NCBI GenBank assembly: GCA_965223005.1
Contig: CBDCVK010000006.1
Span: forward strand, 32,001-96,000
Direction: 5' to 3'
DNA: 64,000 nucleotides
DNA from: Terriglobia bacterium
GTDB taxonomy: Bacteria > Acidobacteriota > Terriglobia > JAJPHL01 > JAPKYU01
The translations under genes and the position numbers were made by a program. Position 1 is the stretch's first letter, and each line of letters begins with the position of its first letter. The notes under the pieces were generated by a model. The model made no database searches and was not told the origin of the DNA. It saw only the letters and a list, made by a program, of their open reading frames with translations. Below are positions 51,002 to 60,774 of this stretch, piece after piece.

Positions 51002-52440
51002 GAGAGTGTCTCACCTTTAGTTGAAAGTCGAGCGGCGGTTCGCTGACCTGGTTCCGTAGAATCGGGTTGGGAAACTTTCTGGAAAGGGGAACCGCCGTGC
51101 AGAGAAGCTACCACATCCTAGGCCGGAGCGATAGCCGAAGCTCCCGCAAACTGGCTGCCTACCTGGCTCGCCACGGGCAGTTTCTGCTGCCCTGGGTGGA
51201 GTTGATCGAACAATCGCGGTTAGCCGTCGACGAGCTGATCGACGTGGTGGGTAGGGCGGCGATTGAAGCGGTGCTGGAGTTGTCGGCCGCGCAGGTGGCC
51301 GGTCCACGCCGTCAGGGCCGGCGGCGCCGTGGGGTAGGCTGGTATGGGCGCCAGCGGGGACGGGTGCGCCTGAAGGAGAGAAAGCTGGCCGTGCACAGGC
51401 CACGGCTCCGGCGGCCAGGCCGGGGAGCGGGGAAAGAAGTTCCCCTCCCGGCCTACGAAGCCATGCAGGAGGGCGAGGGTCTGGGGGCCCGGATGTTGGA
51501 TATCTTGCTGCGGGGCGTCTCGACCCGGCAGTACCAGCGGGTGTTGCCGGAGATGGCGGACACCGTGGGTGTGTCGCGCTCCACGGTCAGCCGGGAAACG
51601 ATGGAGGCTGCCGCAGCCGAGTTAGAACGTCTGTTGAACCGCCGCTTCGAGGAAGTAGAGTTGCTGATCCTCTACATCGACGGGATGGTGTTTGGCGACC
51701 ATCACGTGATTGCGGCTGTGGGCGTGGATGCGGAAGGGCACAAGCACGTGCTGGGGATTCAGGAGGGGGCTACGGAGAACGCCGCGGCCGTCCAGGACTT
51801 GCTGGAAGGTTTAGTGCGGCGAGGGGTGCAGCCGGCCCAGAAACGGCTGTTTGTGATCGACGGCTCGAAGGCCTTGCGGGCGGCGATCCGCGCCGTGTTC
51901 GGGGCCGAGCAGCCGGTGCAGCGCTGCCGCGCCCACAAGTTGCGCAACGTCCTGGACCGGTTGCCGGAGCCAGAGCGGGACCAGGTGCGGGCGGCGATGC
52001 GGGCCGCCTGGCGGTTGGATCCGAAGACCGGCAGGGCCAAGCTGGAGAAGTTGGCCCAATGGTTGGAGCGAGATTGTCCGGCCGCGGCGGCCAGCTTGCG
52101 GGAGGGTCTGGAGGAATGTTTCACCATCAACCGGCTGGGGCTTCCGGCTTCGCTGCATCGCTGTCTGGCCACCACCAATCTCATCGAGAGTCCGCAGGCG
52201 GGAGTGAGGTTGCGAACTCGCCGGGTGTGCCGCTGGCGGGATGCGGCCATGGTCCAGCGCTGGGTCGCCTCCAGCTTCCTGGCCACGGAGAAAAACTTCC
52301 GCCGCCTGATGGGGTACCAGGACCTGTGGATGTTGAAAGCGATCCTCGAAGGATCAAAGTCGGCCACTCGACGGGAGGTGGCGTAGTATGATGGCTCCGA
52401 ACCGCCGCTACGAACTTTCAACTGAGTTCAGGACACCCTC
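51002..52440 (+). mobile_element. IS256-family insertion sequence (1439 bp)
   Basis: Imperfect ~40-bp terminal IRs (GAGAGTGTCTCACCTTTAGTTGAAAGTCGAGCGGCGGTTCG vs GAGGGTGTCCTGAACTCAGTTGAAAGTTCGTAGCGGCGGTTCG). 8-bp target duplication GTGCTGAT at 50994-51001 and 52441-52448. Confidence 0.93.
51097..52386 (+). CDS. IS256 (Mutator-type DDE) transposase
   Basis: GVSTR, LYIDG, GVDAEGHKHVLG, VIDGSKAL, QRCRAHKLRN, TTNLIES. Confidence 0.93.
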   Translation: MQRSYHILGRSDSRSSRKLAAYLARHGQFLLPWVELIEQSRLAVDELIDVVGRAAIEAVLELSAAQVAGPRRQGRRRRGVGWYGRQRGRVRLKERKLAVHRPRLRRPGRGAGKEVPLPAYEAMQEGEGLGARMLDILLRGVSTRQYQRVLPEMADTVGVSRSTVSRETMEAAAAELERLLNRRFEEVELLILYIDGMVFGDHHVIAAVGVDAEGHKHVLGIQEGATENAAAVQDLLEGLVRRGVQPAQKRLFVIDGSKALRAAIRAVFGAEQPVQRCRAHKLRNVLDRLPEPERDQVRAAMRAAWRLDPKTGRAKLEKLAQWLERDCPAAAASLREGLEECFTINRLGLPASLHRCLATTNLIESPQAGVRLRTRRVCRWRDAAMVQRWVASSFLATEKNFRRLMGYQDLWMLKAILEGSKSATRREVA

Positions 52441-52830
52441 GTGCTGATTGCTGATGACTACAGCGTGCTGCTCCACGGCGAAGGCCGCGTATGTAGTCCC
52501 GAGCATCGACACACACAACACCAGAATCTTGCTTCTCATGGAATGCGTCCCGAAGGCTCGAGGAGAATCGCCGTTCTCCAGCATACTGGGCTGCCGCGGA
52601 GGGTGGCAAGTGCAGGCGCGCTCGGAAATGACCGCAGGTGCCATTCGCTATACGCTTTGATCCGATGCTTTCTACCCGTGAGCTGCAGCTTGGCGCCACC
52701 GAGTCTTTCCGGCAAAGGGAATAAAGTGAATCTTCCGGCCGGCATCCTGTGTCAAACTGATGTGCTTGTTTCCGGGTCGATTCCGGGCGTAGCGGTGAGT
52801 ATTGTCGCCCGGAAGAGTCGAAGAAACCCC

Positions 52831-53475
52831 ATGGCGGTTCCGAAGAACCAAGCAGAACTAGCGGCGAAGAGCGCTCCGCAGGTGGATGAGGATGCCAGTC
52901 TGGTGTCTCGAGTGCAGAGCGGGGACACGGATGCATTCGAAGGGCTCGTTCGGCGCCACCAGGGACGCGTCTACCGCACACTGATTGGCATTACCGGCAA
53001 TCGCGAGGACGCCGAGGACAGTACGCAGAACGCTTTCCTGAAGGCGTTTCAGCACATCGGGGAGTTCCAGGCAGCCGCCAAGTTTTCCACCTGGCTGACA
53101 CGTATCGCCATCAACGAGGGGTTGCAGCAGCTGCGCAAACGCAAGAGCATGGAGAGCCTGGATGAGCCGGAGACGGACAGCGATCAGGGGTTTCGCCCGC
53201 GCCAGGTGCAGGCTTGGGAGGACAGTCCCGAACAGGCGTACTCTAAAGCAGAGATGCGTGAGCTGGTGGAGGGAGAACTGATGAAGCTTCCTCTCAAGTA
53301 TCGGTCGGTGGTTATGCTGCGCGACCTGGAACAGCTCTCCACCGAGGAGGCGGGGGCCGCCCTGGGGCTAACCGCTCCAGCCTTGAAGACGCGCCTGCTT
53401 CGCGGTCGCCTGATGCTGCGTGAGGCGCTGGCTCCGCACTTTCAGCGCAAACGCGGGGAGGGTAATCGTGCTTAG
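52831..53475 (+). CDS. ECF RNA polymerase sigma factor
   Basis: AFEGLVRRH, DAEDSTQNAFLKAF, FSTWLTRIAIN, LP..YRSVVMLRD, KTRLLRGR. Start placed at ATG 52831. Confidence 0.92.
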   Translation: MAVPKNQAELAAKSAPQVDEDASLVSRVQSGDTDAFEGLVRRHQGRVYRTLIGITGNREDAEDSTQNAFLKAFQHIGEFQAAAKFSTWLTRIAINEGLQQLRKRKSMESLDEPETDSDQGFRPRQVQAWEDSPEQAYSKAEMRELVEGELMKLPLKYRSVVMLRDLEQLSTEEAGAALGLTAPALKTRLLRGRLMLREALAPHFQRKRGEGNRA

Positions 53476-53707
53476 CTGTCGTGAAGTGATGGCGGAACTG
53501 TCCGTATATCTGGACGAGGATGTGGCCGCTGAATTGCGAAAGGACCTGGAAGCTCATCTGCAACAGTGCCGCACCTGCAGTGTCCTGTACGATTCCACAC
53601 GCAAGACTGTGCGGGTTCTCACCGAAAGCCGGTGCTTCGAGTTGCCCGTGGACCTATCTGCGCGTATCATGGCCAGGATCCGCGAGTCGAAGGAGGAACC
53701 TACATGA
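53468..53707 (+). CDS. zf-HC2 (ZAS) anti-sigma factor, soluble
   Basis: C-x..YLD..HLQQCRTC (HxxxCxxC); GTG start overlaps the sigma stop; no TM. Confidence 0.85.
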   Translation: MLSCREVMAELSVYLDEDVAAELRKDLEAHLQQCRTCSVLYDSTRKTVRVLTESRCFELPVDLSARIMARIRESKEEPT

Positions 53708-54258
53708 GTTTCTTGCGCGAAGTGGAGTTGAGCGAGAAATCCTTTGGTCCCTACGCTGTCCTGCAGGAAAAGTTGGGTCTCATTCCTAACATCTTTCGTG
53801 CCCAGAGCATGCGCCCCGATTTCATCGAGGCCGAGGTCCCACTCCTGCTCAGCGTGCTCGCGAAGGAGGGCGCCCTCTCGCGGCAGCAGAAGGAGTCTAT
53901 CGCCCTGGTGTGCTCGGCGGCCCGCCTGAACACATATTGCGTGCTCATGCATGGCGAGATGCTGCGCGCCATGGGCGTCAGCGACCCCGAGCTGGAGCAA
54001 CTGGCCGCGGATCACCACTACGCCGACATCACTGAGGCGGACAAGGCTTTGTTGGATTTCGCCCTCAAGCTGACCCAGGAGCCCTCCAGCGCGAATCGCC
54101 AGGACATTGAGACATTACGTCGGCACGGCTTCACCGATGAGCAGCTTCTGGAAGCGGTGGTGATGACCGGATTTGCCAACTTTTTCAACACGCTCTCACT
54201 GGGGCTGGGTACCGCCCCCGACTTCGAACATCGGCACCTCTCCTCAGCCGGGGTTTGA
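53704..54258 (+). CDS. AhpD/carboxymuconolactone decarboxylase-family peroxidase-related protein
   Basis: LGLIPNIFRA, KESIALV, TYCVLMHG, ALLDFALKLT, LRRHGFTD, ANFFN; ATGA overlap with the upstream gene. Confidence 0.85.
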   Translation: MSFLREVELSEKSFGPYAVLQEKLGLIPNIFRAQSMRPDFIEAEVPLLLSVLAKEGALSRQQKESIALVCSAARLNTYCVLMHGEMLRAMGVSDPELEQLAADHHYADITEADKALLDFALKLTQEPSSANRQDIETLRRHGFTDEQLLEAVVMTGFANFFNTLSLGLGTAPDFEHRHLSSAGV

Positions 54259-54350
54259 ACTCGACTACAGGTTTGTGTAGCGACACTCCTTGCGGGCAGA
54301 AGAGAGCTGCCCGGCGCGAGGCAGAGCGTCACTTACAGCTCTAGCCCTAC

Positions 54351-56066
54351 TTATACTTCTAGAATGACGGGCAGGATGAGGGGGCGGCGGGCCGTTTGCT
54401 TGTGGATAAAGCGCTTCAGGTCGCTGCGAATCTTCTCCTTGATAACGCCGTAGTCGGCTTTCTCTTCGTTGCTGGAACTCTCCAAGGTGCGCAGCACGAT
54501 CTGCCGCGCTGGCTCCAGGAAGCCATCTGGCTCGCCGATGGCGAAGCCGCGGGTGACGATCTCCGGGGGTGTTTCTACCTTCCCGGTGTGCTTGTCAATG
54601 GCCAGGATAGGCAGCACGATGCCCTGCTCGGAAAGGTGCCGGCGGTCGCGGATCACCACCTCCTCCACCACCTCGTCCACTGAGCCGGAGTCAATGCAAT
54701 GCCGGCCTACCGTGACCCGGCCCGCCTTGCGAGCACCGCGCTCGTCGAACTCCAGAACATCGCCGCTCTCGATCACAAAAGTCTCCTGTAGTCCGCCGGC
54801 CGCCGACTCGGAAGCCCCGGGGCGAGCTGGAGCGCCACGCACCTGCTGAGCCAGTTCGGCGTGCCGGCACAGCTGCCGGTACTCGCCATGGATGGGGATG
54901 AAGAAGCGCGGCTTCACCAGATTTAGCATCAGTTTCAGCTCTTCCTGGCTGCCGTGCCCGGAGACGTGCACCGGGCGCGAGGAGACATCCTCGTAGACCA
55001 CATGGGCGCCCCGCCGGAACAGGTGGTCCATCATGCGAAAGATGGCCTTCTCGTTGCCAGGGATGACGCGCGCGGACAGCACCACGGAATCGCCGGCCTC
55101 AACAACCGCGTGGCGGTGATTGTTCACCGCAGCCCTCGACAGCGCCGACATCGGCTCGCCTTGGCTGCCAGCGATCAAAGCCGCCACTCGGTTGCGGCTG
55201 GTCTGGGACAGGTCCGCCGGCCGGAGCAGTAGGCCGTCGGGGATTTTCAGGTAGCCCATGCGGTGCGCGATCTCCGAGGTGTTCATCATGCTGCGTCCGA
55301 AAAGGGCCAACTTGCGGTCATACTGGGAAGCCAGGTCCACCACCAGTTGAAGCCTGTGCACCGAACTGGAAAAGCAGGAAATCAGTATGCGCCCGGTGGC
55401 ATCGGCAAAAATCTCCTCTAGGCCGCCGCGTACCGCCCGCTCCGAAGGCGTGAACCCGGACCGCTCCACGTTGGTCGAGTCGGAGAACAGCGCCAACACG
55501 CCCTGCTTGCCCCACTCGGCCACGCTGTGCAAGTCAAATAGTTCGTTGTCAGTGGGTGTGGGATCCACCTTGAAATCGCCGCTGTGCACGACCACACCGA
55601 GCGGTGTGCGGATCGCCAGCATCACGCAAGCTATCGTGCTGTGGGTGACGTGGATGAACTGAATCTGGAATGGTCCGATTTCCACGCTTTCGCCAGAACG
55701 CACCTGATGCCGGTCGACCTGCTCGAGCAGCCCATGCTCTTCCAGCCGGCGCTCGAGCATGGCTAGAGTGAATGCCGTTCCGTACACCGGCATATTCATC
55801 TCGGCCAGCAAGAACGGCGTCGCCCCGACGTGGTCCTCGTGGCAGTGGGTGAGAATCAGAGCCCGGACCTGCTGCCGGTTTTCCAGCAAGAAGCTGATGT
55901 CCGGGATTACCAAGTCCACGCCCAGCAATTCGACGTCGGGGAACATCAGGCCGGCGTCAATGACGATCATGTCGTCACCGTAGCGCAGTGCCATCATGTT
56001 CATGCCGAACTCCCCCAGACCGCCAAGGGGGATAACCTGTAGCTTGCGTTCCGCCATGGGTTTCAT
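54351..56066 (-). CDS. rnj: ribonuclease J
   Basis: PLGGLGEFGMNM, THCHEDHVG, HSGDFK, SDSTN, GSQGEP, HVSGH, PIHGE. Confidence 0.96.
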   Translation of the reverse strand: MKPMAERKLQVIPLGGLGEFGMNMMALRYGDDMIVIDAGLMFPDVELLGVDLVIPDISFLLENRQQVRALILTHCHEDHVGATPFLLAEMNMPVYGTAFTLAMLERRLEEHGLLEQVDRHQVRSGESVEIGPFQIQFIHVTHSTIACVMLAIRTPLGVVVHSGDFKVDPTPTDNELFDLHSVAEWGKQGVLALFSDSTNVERSGFTPSERAVRGGLEEIFADATGRILISCFSSSVHRLQLVVDLASQYDRKLALFGRSMMNTSEIAHRMGYLKIPDGLLLRPADLSQTSRNRVAALIAGSQGEPMSALSRAAVNNHRHAVVEAGDSVVLSARVIPGNEKAIFRMMDHLFRRGAHVVYEDVSSRPVHVSGHGSQEELKLMLNLVKPRFFIPIHGEYRQLCRHAELAQQVRGAPARPGASESAAGGLQETFVIESGDVLEFDERGARKAGRVTVGRHCIDSGSVDEVVEEVVIRDRRHLSEQGIVLPILAIDKHTGKVETPPEIVTRGFAIGEPDGFLEPARQIVLRTLESSSNEEKADYGVIKEKIRSDLKRFIHKQTARRPLILPVILEV

Positions 56067-56204
56067 CCTAGCACAGACGAAGGATGCGGACCGGCCGCAT
56101 GGGCCGGCGTGCTACACTGTGCTCCTTTTCCCGCATTCTCCACGCGCCTCAGTAGTGGAGTGTTTGTCCCAGACACTGCCGAGGTCGCGTTGCCGGAGCG
56201 AACG

Positions 56205-57401
56205 GTGAAAGCTGAAGAGTCACAGATTACGCTCGTTCCCCAAGGCTTCCGATTCGCGGCCGTCACGGCCGGGCTGCGCAGCGGCGAAGGCGCAGACCTG
56301 GCCCTGATCATGTCGGAGAGGCCCGCCGCAGCCGCCGGAGTCTTCACCACGAACCTGGTAGCGGCGGCTCCAGTGGTGCTCTCACGGGCGCACTTGCGTG
56401 CCAGCGGCGGTATTGCGCGGGCAATCGTCGCCAACGCGGGCAACGCGAATTGTGCTACGCGCAACGGGCGCCGGGTGGCCGAACGCTCTGCTATGGCCAC
56501 AGCGAGCTTTTTGGGCATTCCCCGCTCAGAGGTGCTGGTCGCGTCGACGGGAGTCATCGGCGTGCCACTAGAAGAGGATCGCATTCCGAATGCGCTGCCG
56601 CGGCTGGTCAAAGAGTTGGCGCCGGAGCGGTTCGCAGAGGTTGCGTCAGCGATCCTGACTACTGATACGCGTCCCAAGCTGGCGTTCCGGCAAGTTCCAG
56701 GGAGGGGAGGACGCAACCCGGTGCGCCTGCTGGGAATGGCCAAGGGTGCGGGAATGATTCACCCCCGGATGGCGACTATGCTGGCGTTTGTGCTGACCGA
56801 CGCAGCGTTACCGACGCCAAAACTACGGCGGCTCACCAGGGCTGCCGTGGCGCGTACCTTCAATCGCATTTCGGTGGATGGGGACACTTCCACCAACGAC
56901 ACCGTGTTCGTGCTGGCCAACGGTAGTGCCGGACCGGTTGCGGAGCAGCGCCTGGCTGAAGCTCTCGAGGCGACTATGGGGGAATTGGCGAAAGCGATCG
57001 CCGCGGACGGAGAAGGGGCACGGCGGCTGGTGCAAGTCCAGGTGCGTGGAGCGCAGACGGAGAGGGAAGCCGAGTTGATCGCCCGCGCGGTCGCCAACTC
57101 TCCCCTGGTCAAGACAGCGATTGCCGGCGGTGACCCGAACTGGGGACGCATCTTGTCCGCCGCTGGCGCCTCCGGCGCGCCGCTCAATCCGGCGCTTGTC
57201 CATGTCTCGCTGAACGGCACGACGGTTTGTCGGCGCGGCCAAGCTGCTCCCTTTGACGAGGAGGCCCTGCAGGCCGGCCTGAGAGCTGCTCGCGAGGTGC
57301 AGATTCACTTGAATGTGGGGCGGGGCCGCGCTCGTGTGTGCTTTTGGACCTGCGACCTCACCGAGCAGTACATCCACATCAACGCCAGCTACCGCACTTG
57401 A
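56205..57401 (+). CDS. argJ: bifunctional ornithine acetyltransferase/N-acetylglutamate synthase
   Basis: NAGNANC, STGVIG, ILTTDT, KGAGMIHPRMATML, DGDTSTND, DGEGA, DPNWGR, TCDLT..YI.INASYRT. Confidence 0.96.
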   Translation: MKAEESQITLVPQGFRFAAVTAGLRSGEGADLALIMSERPAAAAGVFTTNLVAAAPVVLSRAHLRASGGIARAIVANAGNANCATRNGRRVAERSAMATASFLGIPRSEVLVASTGVIGVPLEEDRIPNALPRLVKELAPERFAEVASAILTTDTRPKLAFRQVPGRGGRNPVRLLGMAKGAGMIHPRMATMLAFVLTDAALPTPKLRRLTRAAVARTFNRISVDGDTSTNDTVFVLANGSAGPVAEQRLAEALEATMGELAKAIAADGEGARRLVQVQVRGAQTEREAELIARAVANSPLVKTAIAGGDPNWGRILSAAGASGAPLNPALVHVSLNGTTVCRRGQAAPFDEEALQAGLRAAREVQIHLNVGRGRARVCFWTCDLTEQYIHINASYRT

Positions 57402-57527
57402 TGTGCTTCCTGTTCCGCAGATTGGAACAGATTGAAAATCCAAGCCTGGGACCCGTCAGTTTGTGTTTGGAATGTCATCGGAGGCGGCCGTTTATCGGAG
57501 AAGCTGCGAAATCTGCGGATTGTTTGC

Positions 57528-58328
57528 TTATCGGCGGCTATGTTGCTTCAGCAATTTGTACAGGGTAACGAATTCCTCCAGACTTAGCATCTCCGCGCGA
57601 GTGGTTGAACCTCGTCCTAAGACTTCTAGGGCATCACTGATCCGCTGGGGCGAGTAACGGCCCTTCAGGTTGTTACGCAGTGTCTTGCGTTTCTGCTGAA
57701 AGCAGGCACGCACGAAAGCGAAGAAGCCCTGCCGGTCCTCAAGGCCGAGTTCCACGTCGCGACGCGCTACTGTCATGCGCACGAGTGCCGATTCCACCTT
57801 GGGTGGCGGACGAAAGGCGGTCGGGCGAATGCGAAACAGCAGTTCGGGATGCGTATGGCATTGGGTGGTCACCGAAAGCAAGCCGTAGTCGCGGCTGCCC
57901 GGAACAGCCGTAAGGCGCTCGGCCACTTCCCGCTGGACCATCACCACGATTTCCTCCAGCCTGTCGGCGAACTCAAACAGCCGCATCAGGATGGGGGAGG
58001 TGATGTAGTAGGGAAGATTGCCCACTGCGTGGGCGCGTGTATAGCCCAACTCGGCTACGAGGGAGGGCAGCGGCACTTGCAGGATATCAGCCTCCACGAC
58101 GCGTACCCGGGGATGTCCGGCAAACTTTTTTCGCAGGAAGGCTACTAGGTGCGGATCCACTTCAATAGCGGCCACCCGCCCGGCCCGCTCGGCCAGAAGC
58201 TGGGTCAGGCCACCGCGCCCGGCGCCGATTTCCACCACCAGAAACTCCGGCTGGAGTCGTAGCGCCTCTACGATCCGGCGCTGGACATGGTGGTCGATCA
58301 GAAAATGCTGCCCGAGCCTAGGAGCCAT
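57528..58328 (-). CDS. rsmA: 16S rRNA m6,2A dimethyltransferase
   Basis: LGQHFL, EIGAGRG, GNLPYYITSP, MVQREVAER, FRPPPKVES, QKRKTLRN. Confidence 0.96.
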   Translation of the reverse strand: MAPRLGQHFLIDHHVQRRIVEALRLQPEFLVVEIGAGRGGLTQLLAERAGRVAAIEVDPHLVAFLRKKFAGHPRVRVVEADILQVPLPSLVAELGYTRAHAVGNLPYYITSPILMRLFEFADRLEEIVVMVQREVAERLTAVPGSRDYGLLSVTTQCHTHPELLFRIRPTAFRPPPKVESALVRMTVARRDVELGLEDRQGFFAFVRACFQQKRKTLRNNLKGRYSPQRISDALEVLGRGSTTRAEMLSLEEFVTLYKLLKQHSRR

Positions 58329-58433
58329 GGCTGCTATTTCATCACGGCTGGGTCAAGCCGGAGACACGAGAGTGTGCCCCTCGGACCTGTGGTACAGTGT
58401 CCGGTTCATATGGATCAGTAGGAACGTTACAAG

Positions 58434-59897
58434 ATGCGCATCCTGATGGCGGCGTCGGAGGGGGTGCCGTTTTCCAAAACAGGTGGATTGGCCGATGTGA
58501 TGGGGGCTTTACCCCAGGCTATTGCCCGATTGGGTCACGAGGTGGCGGTGGTTCTGCCCCGCTACCGTACGACACCGCTGGACACGCTGCGCCCTGTGTT
58601 GCCCAGCCTGACAATCCCGTTGGGGCGGAAGCTCCACTTCCCCGCAGTGCTGGCGGGTCCCCCGAAGGACGGTCTTCGCACATTCTTCATTGACTACCCA
58701 CCGTACTTTGACCGATCGGCCCTTTATGGCACCTCGGAAGCCGGCGACTACCCGGACAACGCCGAGCGCTTCGCGCTGTTTTCTCGCGCCGTACTGGAAA
58801 CGGCCAAGTTGCTGTTCCCGACCGATATGGTGCATTGCCACGACTGGCAGACAGGCTTGGTTCCAGTGTTGCTGAAAACGGCCTACGCCGAGGATCCGGC
58901 GTTGAAAAATGCCGCCACCCTGTTTACCCTTCATAACCTGGGCTATCAGGGGCTGTTTCCTGCCGAAGTGCTGGAGCGGATCGGCCTGGGCCGGGACCTG
59001 TTCACCATTGATGGCTTGGAGTTTTTCGGCAAGATGAACTTCCTCAAGGGAGCGTTGCTCTACGCCGACTTCGTGAACACGGTCAGCAAAGCCTACACTG
59101 ACGAGATTCAGACGGCCGACTACGGCTTTGGCCTGCACAGCGTTCTCCGGCTCCGGTCGGCGGCGCTGGCAGGTATCCTGAACGGCGTGGACTACACGAC
59201 CTGGAATCCTGCCACCGACCCCTACATTGCTGCCAGCTATACCCCAGAAGACCTCAGCGGCAAACGCATTTGCAAGAAAGACCTGCTGAAGGAATTTCGG
59301 TTGCCCGCAAGGAACCTGGATCGGCCTCTGATTGGAATCGTATCGCGCTTGACAGCACAGAAAGGGGCCGATCTGGTTGCCGAAGTCGCCGGGGTTCTCG
59401 CCCAGGAGGACTTCTATCTGGTCGTTCTGGGGGCGGGCGACAAGCCATACGAGACCCTTTTTCGTCGCCTGGCGCGGCAGTACCCGCGCAAGATTGCGGT
59501 CCGGATCGCCTACGACAACGTTCTGGCCCACAAGATTGAAGCGGGCGCGGACACGTTCCTGATGCCTTCCCGCTACGAGCCCTGCGGCCTGAGCCAGATT
59601 TACAGCCTCAAGTACGGGACCGTGCCCATCGTTCGTGCCACCGGCGGCCTGGACGACACCATCGAGCCCTACCACTCTCGTACGCGCACCGGCACGGGCT
59701 TCAAATTTCGCATATACTCAGGGCAGGCCCTGCTGGAAACGGTGCGGCGGGCACTTCGCGTCTACCGGAACCGGGCCACGTGGCACCGTCTCATGCGGAA
59801 TGGCATGAGGAAGGACTTTTCCTGGGATGTTTCAGCTAGGGAGTATGTCGCCGTCTACGAGAAGGTTGTCCGCACCGGGCGGGCGGCTGCCGGCTGA
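58434..59897 (+). CDS. glgA: glycogen synthase
   Basis: KTGGLADV, HCHDWQ, HNLGYQG, GILNGVD, SRLTAQKG, PSRYEPCGL, TGGLDDT. Confidence 0.96.
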   Translation: MRILMAASEGVPFSKTGGLADVMGALPQAIARLGHEVAVVLPRYRTTPLDTLRPVLPSLTIPLGRKLHFPAVLAGPPKDGLRTFFIDYPPYFDRSALYGTSEAGDYPDNAERFALFSRAVLETAKLLFPTDMVHCHDWQTGLVPVLLKTAYAEDPALKNAATLFTLHNLGYQGLFPAEVLERIGLGRDLFTIDGLEFFGKMNFLKGALLYADFVNTVSKAYTDEIQTADYGFGLHSVLRLRSAALAGILNGVDYTTWNPATDPYIAASYTPEDLSGKRICKKDLLKEFRLPARNLDRPLIGIVSRLTAQKGADLVAEVAGVLAQEDFYLVVLGAGDKPYETLFRRLARQYPRKIAVRIAYDNVLAHKIEAGADTFLMPSRYEPCGLSQIYSLKYGTVPIVRATGGLDDTIEPYHSRTRTGTGFKFRIYSGQALLETVRRALRVYRNRATWHRLMRNGMRKDFSWDVSAREYVAVYEKVVRTGRAAAG

Positions 59898-59965
59898 ACT
59901 TCCCCTATCGGCAAAACCGGCGCGACTTTTTCCCGGTGCCGGTCATCTAATAGTTCGGAGGAGAA

Positions 59966-60298
59966 ATGGCGCCCAATGTAGTAGAACTAACGGATCAGAA
60001 TTTTGAAACTGAAGTATTGCAAGCCAAAATCCCGGTCCTGGTGGATTTCTGGGCCGAATGGTGTGGGCCCTGCCGGGTTCTGGCGCCCACGGTGGAGGCC
60101 GTGGCCAATGAGTACGTGGGTAAAGTCAAGGTCGCCAAGCTCAATGTGGACGAGAACGTGGCCACAGCTTCGCGTTACAGAATTCAGGGCATCCCCACCT
60201 TGTTGCTGTTCAAGGATGGCGAAATTCGCGAGCAACTGGTAGGCTCCCAGCCCAAGTCGGTGCTGGAAAAAACCCTTAGCCAGCACCTCAATACGTAA
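59966..60298 (+). CDS. trxA: thioredoxin
   Basis: VDFWAEWCGPC, IPTLLLFK; GGAGG SD. Confidence 0.96.
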   Translation: MAPNVVELTDQNFETEVLQAKIPVLVDFWAEWCGPCRVLAPTVEAVANEYVGKVKVAKLNVDENVATASRYRIQGIPTLLLFKDGEIREQLVGSQPKSVLEKTLSQHLNT

Positions 60299-60410
60299 AA
60301 AGATCGCCAGAGAAATTGGCTGGAGCGTGCGGCTTCCTGTTTCGCGCCGGTGAACGGCGCCGAGGGGGAAGTGCAGGCTGCGCGTGCTATACTGCTGCCC
60401 GGGCCAGATC

Positions 60411-60486
60411 GGGCGTGTAGCTCAGCTGGGAGAGCGCGGCGTTCGCAACGCTGAGGTCAGGGGTTCGAATCCCCTCACGTCCACCA
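60411..60486 (+). tRNA. tRNA-Ala (CGC)
   Basis: GGGCGTGTAGCTCAGCTGGGAGAGCG-CGGCG-TTCGCAA-CGCTG-AGGTCAGGGGTTCGAATCCCCTCACGTCCACCA; G3:U70 alanine identity pair. Confidence 0.96.
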
Positions 60487-60774
60487 TTGCTTTCAATCAC
60501 TTGCGAGCCAAAAGAGGTTCCGAACTGTTGTTCGCGGCAGCACCAGCCAGTTGACTCGAGGAATGCCTAGGGTTCTGGCCGCCGACTTGATGTGTTGACG
60601 CAGGATGTCTTACAATCCCGTCCTGATTGAGTTGGCGTCGGCAGATCATAGTTGGAGTGGATTCGGCGCCATCAGCCTTGGCTTCGGTACGGCGCGCGCT
60701 ATTCTGTGAGTGGAATGTCCATTGGCCTTATTTAACACTAGGCACAAAAACCAGTCGCACAAAAGGAGGTTTCA

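Larger units (their letters stand above)
50184..52539 (-). pseudogene. secreted SH3b-domain/TPR-like protein disrupted by IS256
   Basis: Removing 51002-52440 plus one target copy gives an open frame MRSKILVLCVSMLGTTYAAFAVEQHAVVISNQH|LYRKADLESKTVGRL...ERGW. Confidence 0.8.

Noticed and set aside
52441-52830. 130-aa N-terminal extension of the ECF sigma ORF in the track
   Set aside because: It overlaps the 5' end of the opposite-strand disrupted gene and promoter DNA. Sigma homology starts near ATG 52831.
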